A stretch of DNA of 63,992 nucleotides, the filler included, from Catajapyx aquilonaris (taxonomy: Eukaryota), in assembly GCA_000934665.2 (NCBI GenBank). It is 4 parts of 4 records of this genome, joined end to end, with 100 filler letters (N's around TTAATTAATTAA, not from the genome) between each part and the next. Parts side by side here need not be neighbours in the genome. Positions count along the whole stretch, not along the records: positions 48,476 to 63,992 come from JYFJ02007475.1; 3 more parts are not named here. One strand, given 5' to 3'. This document shows, piece after piece, positions 57,222-63,992 of the stretch. Under the pieces are notes generated by a model. The model searched no databases. It saw only the letters and a list, made by a program, of their open reading frames with translations, and was not told where the DNA came from. The translations under genes were made by a program, and so were the position numbers. Within the stretch, counting starts at the first letter, position 1, and every line of letters begins with the position of its first letter.

Positions 57222-60200
57222 TATCTAACCCATCATAACCTAATCTAACTTAACCCTAATCAATTAATTCACGTAAATTACAGCCGGAAAACTCAAAAAA
57301 GGGGGCCAGGTGGGGCCGAGAACAAACAATCTCCTTTTTGTCGCCGCAACCTCTCTTCCCCCATTCGGAGGTGATGGAGCAGAAAATGGAGATGAAGCGC
57401 ACCAGGGTTGCAAAGGGGGGTAAAAACACCAGGAAATGTTGGGTGTTTGGCCTCCCTCCCTCCCCTTCCATTCCATCCTCCCCCCTTTGGCTTCGAGGTT
57501 TTCTGGGATGTGCCTGTCGGAGTATCGCGGCTATCTTTATTGGGAAATTGAGTCATCAATCTCTGGGGCCGAAGCGGCGACGGCCTCTTTTCTCGTCATT
57601 CAGACCTCGTCGCCACTCACTTCCGACCAGACCAGACAAGTCGCTAGCAAAAATAATCTGTCGGAGCGTATGTTTGCGCTAAGGCTTGATGTTGGGGGGA
57701 GAAGGGATGGGGGAAGGTTTAAATAATCTGGTGGTAGGGAGGGGGTCGAGTATGAAATTCATATGACTTGGTGAACTGGAAAGAGGTTGTTCAGTTTTCA
57801 TTTCATGAGTGAAGAGCTGGAGTCAAAGGCCATTATAGTCGGTTGAGAAGATGTGTTTTGAAGCCCTGTTTTGTGAAGGAATTTGAATCGAAACGATGTT
57901 TATGATGGGTCCTGGGTGTTAAGGGGAAGGGACAAAATGTAATTATGGTGTTTTGGAAGGAATTTTGTCAAGTTGGATATAGAAACAATCACTGAACCGT
58001 AACGACATTCAATTAGAAATAATACCAGGGGACTTGTTCAATATCCAGAAGTAAATGCATCTCTGCTCAGCTTCTGGGGGTTGCCCATCACAGCCACAAT
58101 GGGAGCAGGGCAGGAGAAGGTCAATCTTTGCCTTGGAAGCAGCCACAACGGGAGATAGGTCAGGCATGGGTGGGGGAGGGGGGTCGAAGACTATTCTTCT
58201 CACTTCTACTTCTATGCAGTAGTACAAATTATTATTTATTATCTGCAAGCCCATAGGGTAAACTAAATAATAAGACAGTAAACAAATACCATAAGCGGAA
58301 TGAATCGACATAATAAATTACACATGTTACAGGCCAGGACTTTAATATAAAAATACAAAACAAATGCATTTAGTCCTCACAACATTCCCATTTTACAAGG
58401 CAGGATTTGCCACAGCGTATTCCCCCGTGTCTCCTGCGGCACACTGCAATTTGTCCGTAACACAACCCGACCAAATGCTGTTGGCATGATTGTGACATGG
58501 CCCTGCCCGCACACACATCCGCAACCCAAAGTGTCCACGTCAGCTCATCTCAGTCCCCACCCAACACATAGTAATCGGCAAATAATGAGAAGCCTATGGT
58601 GTGCTCAGCTTCCAATTTTCCTAATGGAAAAACTTTTAACGACTGCCAAATTTATGCCGATTCAAGCTTGGGAAGGTTCGGCCAGTTGTGTGCTTCTATC
58701 GTCCCCTGAGCTGCAGGGAAACCCTCCCCCCAAAAATCCGCTTCCTATAGCCCTCCCGCGTTAATTGCCCTCCCAATCATTAAACCCTCCCAACCTCTTA
58801 GGGGCCTATCTTTGGTCATTCTGAGCGTGCCCTTTTGAACAGAGTGCGTCGTAAAAGTGGCCTCCTCCGCCCAAGCGATGGCCCCAATTACGACCTCATG
58901 ACCCCCCCTCTTCCTCCTCCACCTCTTTCGCCTCTCCAGCTCTAAAACTATCCCTGATCTTCTCCCAAAAAAGCGGTTAGAAATCTGGAGGACTTTGTGC
59001 CCCGTTATTTACTTTTTTTTTGTCATGTTGGAAGCCAGTATTAAAAGGCAGGATCTCATTTCGGTCATGTGGAACAAGATGGTAGTAAAACTCCATGCGA
59101 CTGGAATATTACGTCTCTTCTTTTGGAAAGAGGAAGGGTTTTTTAAAAGGAAAAAAAGGCCATGCTGGTAACAAGGCGACTCGCATTCAGCATCTCGAGA
59201 CATGTAGCGGAACAGGATCGGAGTTATGTGTTTTTGTGTCTCTAAGATGGCAATACCCTACTGTTAGTTCGCATTGTCTGGAAAAGGAAGGTACAGCATG
59301 TCCAAACACTGGTTCATAGCCACTAAAAGTAACGTTGGTGCCAAAAGTCGGCATGCGAAGTCCTAAATATTCAATATGAGTCAGGAGGCCAAAATTTTCT
59401 GTATTGTAGATTTTCTCATAAATGATTTTTTTCAAATACCAGTGGAAGAGAGCCATGTTTTGTGCTCCTCCCTCCCTCTCTTCTTCCCTTCCTCCCCGTT
59501 TGCCACCCATTCCTCCTTCTCCCGGTCCCTAATCAGGTGCAATTATCCGGAGTTAATTACTGGGAGGGGAGGCCCGCAGGCGGCCGTTTTGCTTTCAAAT
59601 CAGTGTCGGCGAGAAGCCCTACCTGGCATAAAGGGCTGGGGGCGCCCACTCATCACAAACTTCATTATATTAAGTGAAGGCGTGGGTACGGTTTATAGAT
59701 TAGGGCTCAAATGCAGCCTTGGAGGCCCGTCGAGGTGGCGATGTCACCTGTACTGAATGACAAACAAAGTTCGTTGTGCTGTGAACCGCCTCCGGGTACC
59801 GTTAACCAGATTTTTTTGAACCCCCTCTCTCAGACTACCTGAATGCTTCTACTGTTTAATTATGCTCTACAAGAGCATTTGAATTTAAAAGGTGGTTGGA
59901 GGGAGGATGGGGGGGTGTTCTCGCTGGAGTAATTTAGCCAAGAAAGCGTCACTCTCGACGTGCAAATGGCAGCCAGACTGTCCAAATATTTTTGCATAAA
60001 AACAAAGAATCCGGAAAGGTGAGAAATTCAGGATACTTACCGGCACTGGTTTTTAACTGGTTTCTGGATGGAGCGAACACTTTACAACTTCTTTTGAAAT
60101 GTATAATTAATGTTTATCGAGTCGTACGAGTCGATACATGTCTTTAAAATGAATTTCGTCAATTGGAGTGAGATTGTGCCAGTGCAATTTTGTTTGGATA

Positions 60201-61982
60201 TCAGTGCGCCTTACCGCGAATTTTACTGGTCATTGTCAACCTTGACCACCCTTCAATATAGTAAAACCAGAGATCTTGGTAAAACATGCCTAAATTCGCT
60301 TGCTGCCAATAGAGCGCACTGTTGTCCAAAAATTCGCTGGCACAATCTCATCTCAATTGACGGTAATATAATTTTCAGACTTAACAAATCTGCAACCTTT
60401 AAGCATAAATTAAATTTTCTGTGCAATTTTTCTCTCAATTATAGTGCAGCATGAGCGGATTTGATAGAAGTAGGTTCATTGTATTTGTATAGAGTATCAT
60501 TATGGTGAGATTTATTTTGTGGTTTATTGTGTAGGTCACGGGTTGGAACTATAAGTTGTTTTTCAGGGATCCTGTCCGTTGCCATGACGCTGTCACCTTG
60601 GCCTCACCCGAAACAATACACCCACACGAGTATATAGCATTCCACTGCTAGACAAACAACGCAGAAAACTACGGACCAGAAACATCACAATGACGTTAAG
60701 ACACATCTACACAGCATGCCTTGCCACATATATTACAACCCAGAATAGAAACCATAGGGCCAATCCTTGCAATTATGAAAATGTAATGTCGTGTCCAAAT
60801 GCACTCTTCTTGACTCCGGGTTTCCCAACACTCTTTTTAATCAAGAAAAAAAGGGTAGTAAGTAGTAGTATGGGCCTCAGCTGTGAAGGCATTGCGTGCA
60901 AGCGGAGAATGAAACCCCTGCTGGCTCTCTGCCTGATTAGAGGGCCAGAACCTTGGCAGCATCTCCTGTCATCCCCAAGGACTTCCGGGATACGTCTCAA
61001 AGGGGAATCCGAAGCCCCGCGACTTTTCATTGCTCTTGATGGCATTGAGAGAGGAAGGTTTCTCGGGGGCTTATATAGTCGTGGCCAAGTGGGAGGATTG
61101 CACGCAATTACGTCTCGACAAACCAGGAGGAACCTAATTCAGAAGTAGGGTATCATGTCTACAAAAATATATCTTTGGCTAGAGAAATCTTCATCAGTGC
61201 TGGCTTTCACTGAGTTCTAATCCCCTCTAATTTTAGGCGGTTGGAAGGTTTTTCATCAATGAAAATGATCACTTGGGGAGAGGTTGTTATTGATGGTGCG
61301 GTTCGTTGCAACACTTTTGATGCCACTGGCGTCGCCCTTTTTAATTTGATTAATTTGGTGCGTGGGCTTTCCTTCCTCGCCCCCCAGATTGGATGTACCT
61401 ATCCAATCCAAGCCCCGATTCAGGGAACTCGAATTTCGTTCTTTTTAGCGCTAGGGGAATAGCGTATGCAAAGTGGAGCAAATGTCAGACCGCACGCGAG
61501 TTAAAACATGACCTCTCTTACGTTGAATCTGGCCAACTGCGTAGTTCCTTTTCAGTACGATTTAATTGCAAATAATGTTTTGAAGTCTCTGGAGAAATTC
61601 CTGCTTTGTCAAATAATTTGCTGCCTGGCTGTCCAATACACGTCTACTGACCTCTCTTAGAATTCAGTACAACGCCTCATAAGGACCACACCGTCACGCC
61701 CCGTTGTCACAACTATAAAACCGTCTGCTGCCCACCGTACAGCTTACATGATTCGCACGCCTTGCAGTACACTACTAAAATGTGGAACACGTTGTTCCCG
61801 TCTTTGAATTCTAGGGGAAGCTGGCCAGTCGAACAGCATTGTCCCTTCTTCTCCTCCTCCTCCCCCGCTTTCCCCCCCTCTACCCAAAAGGCCCAGGGTA
61901 ATTAGTCGTGTCATTAGGAAGCCGGGAGGTTTGGTCCCGTACCGAAACGCCGAGTTGGCACCATTGGGGAAAGGCCCAAGGA

Positions 61983-61989
<7 letters not shown>

Positions 61990-62037
<48 letters not shown>
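61990..62037. repeat. (GA)n microsatellite
   Basis: Perfect dinucleotide run. Confidence 0.95.
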
Positions 62038-62040
<3 letters not shown>

Positions 62041-63992
62041 GCTGCTTCTGCCTTCTCTCTAATGAGACCACGCTTGGCTCTATTTGCTCTATTGTCACGA
62101 CTCGTAATTGAAGTCATTAGTCACAGCTACAAGACTCGTGGAAACTACAGTAGTAGCTGCTGGATGCAGGCATGCCAGAACTTCTCAAGTGAGTTCCAAG
62201 GATGCTCTTTCCACCGGACTACCGGATCCATTATCTTCGCGTTACTTGCTTACCAGTTAGAAAAAAAACAAAAAAAGAGAGAAGATAATGGAGCTTTGTG
62301 CAGTGCAAATTCCGGGGCTGTAAAACGGTGATAAAAGCGGGCAGGCGTACAGATAGAAGTTGTATTCGGTTCTGGAGTGTACTAAAAGGCAAGTTTTGCT
62401 CTGATACTGCACTGCATTACTGCCGCCCACTTGAGGAATATCTTTAATTGTGCTGTTTTATTGAGCTGACAGAGATGCATAGAAGCGCCGGATGGGGGAG
62501 AAGTCACTTTGTCAAGTGAGCTGATGTTCTTTGCATGAAATTTAGAGCGAATAAAGGAGAAAGCAAGGGAAAAGGAGCAGTCCTCACTTGATATTGGATG
62601 GTGTGCAGGTCAGAGCATGAACATTATTATTTTCCAAAATAATATAATTGACCACCTTATGGCAAAACGTTCCTTTCTTATTAATAATATATGAGTTCTC
62701 ATTATTACCTTAAAACACGTATCTGAAGCAATATTAATAGACCTACTTTAAATCTATCAGGCTAATGTGATGATATTGTATTAAGAACATATTGTGGTAC
62801 CGTACCTTTTGTTGTCCCTTATTTCTTCCCGTTTCTTTTCCTCGGGTCGTCATCCTCTTTTCCTGCTGCCAGTGTCGTAATTCCATTATATCTCCCCAAG
62901 GGACTCCTGGAATCTTCTCCTTCCCTCCGGTACACTTTACTTACATTTTCGGCTTTGTTTATTGGTCAGTGGGGCCCGCTTGAGTGAAGTGCTGGCCTTA
63001 GTGCTAAGATCAGCCTTCTATAGGTACACCCCGCCAATACTGTGGTCTTCGCACGGTAGAGGAAGGAGAAGAAATATAGTTATACCTAATGACATCTGAG
63101 TTAATGATATCATTACTCGGTGTATCTTATGCACTGTATAAGATGATGAGTCTGAGTTATTTGTATCCTCTGGGCAGGGAACTAATTAGTTGACCTAGTT
63201 GTGACGTCATAATGCACAATGTGTGGTTACAACAGAGGCAGTTGCGCTGTTTTATGCATGATGTTAGAGCTGTTGTAACAATGCAACTTTAACGGCCAAT
63301 TGAAGGAGCAATTCGAGTACCCCCGATGGTTGAATATGAGTAGTATAATTACACTTTAAATAGTGCTGTTTTGACTCTACTGTTCATGAAATAGCTAATA
63401 AGAAGTTGATTTATGACCTAAGCCAGAATCGGACCAGCACTGCGGCGTGACTGTGACCACGCACAATATTTCATAAAGCTCGGGGTTAATAAATTCTTTC
63501 ATGGATCGCAAAAAAAACGTGATATCCAACCCCCCCCCGAGACCAGACCATACGCCTAACATGCCAATAATGACCCACAATATTGTACTCAAATGAAGCA
63601 TCATTAGAATGGCTCTGGCAATTGGCATATGATATATCATACGTGGTCATTATTGAAATATTTTTTTCTCTCTCTTTACCCTCCCCCTTCTCAAATCTCA
63701 TTTGCATCAAGTACGGTATATTAGCGGAGTATCAATCGCTCATTTTCTTCATGTAATGGTACATTCACTGTTTAAAAAAACCAGCTTGATTATTGGAGTT
63801 CGATCCGGGTTACACACACACACATGGCCACACATACACACACATAGCCTGGAGCTAGGGTAGCATTACGAAAGTAACAGGATCTTTTTGATCGCTTCCC
63901 ATGCCCATTATTCCCCATTCGCCTGCTGCATAAAACTCCGGAGAGACGTCTAATATTTCAGCAGGGGCAGGGTTGGTTGGGTGTGTTTAGAA

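Noticed and set aside
48602..63710. Many 60-150 aa ORFs in contig 4
   Set aside because: No domain motifs or coherent splice structure; consistent with chance ORFs.

Overview
This is animal genomic DNA, probably arthropod. It consists of four unrelated ~16-kb contigs joined by artificial 100-bp spacers (44 N + TTAATTAATTAA + 44 N) at 16050-16149, 32201-32300 and 48376-48475. Contig 1 holds the 5' four coding exons of importin-7 (minus strand), tRNA-derived SINEs including a full-length V-domain SINE, MITEs and a decayed CACTA/EnSpm-type element. Contig 2 has no recognisable host gene. It is a dense patchwork of transposon fragments (P/THAP9, hAT, Sola1, Sola2, Gypsy, EnSpm-type accessory genes, Merlin, Harbinger), almost all on the minus strand, nested or fused end-to-end, with two perfect hairpins. 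It is the best candidate for something special: a uni-strand (flamenco-like) piRNA cluster. Contig 3 has DAP1 and a C/EBP-gamma-like bZIP gene head-to-head. The bZIP gene has a possible uORF/alternative-start leader and an intron full of fold-back MITEs. A complete 5-exon glycine-N-acyltransferase-like GNAT gene converges on it. Contig 4 is apparently non-coding, with only microsatellites recognised. All family calls come from motif recognition by eye, not database searches.
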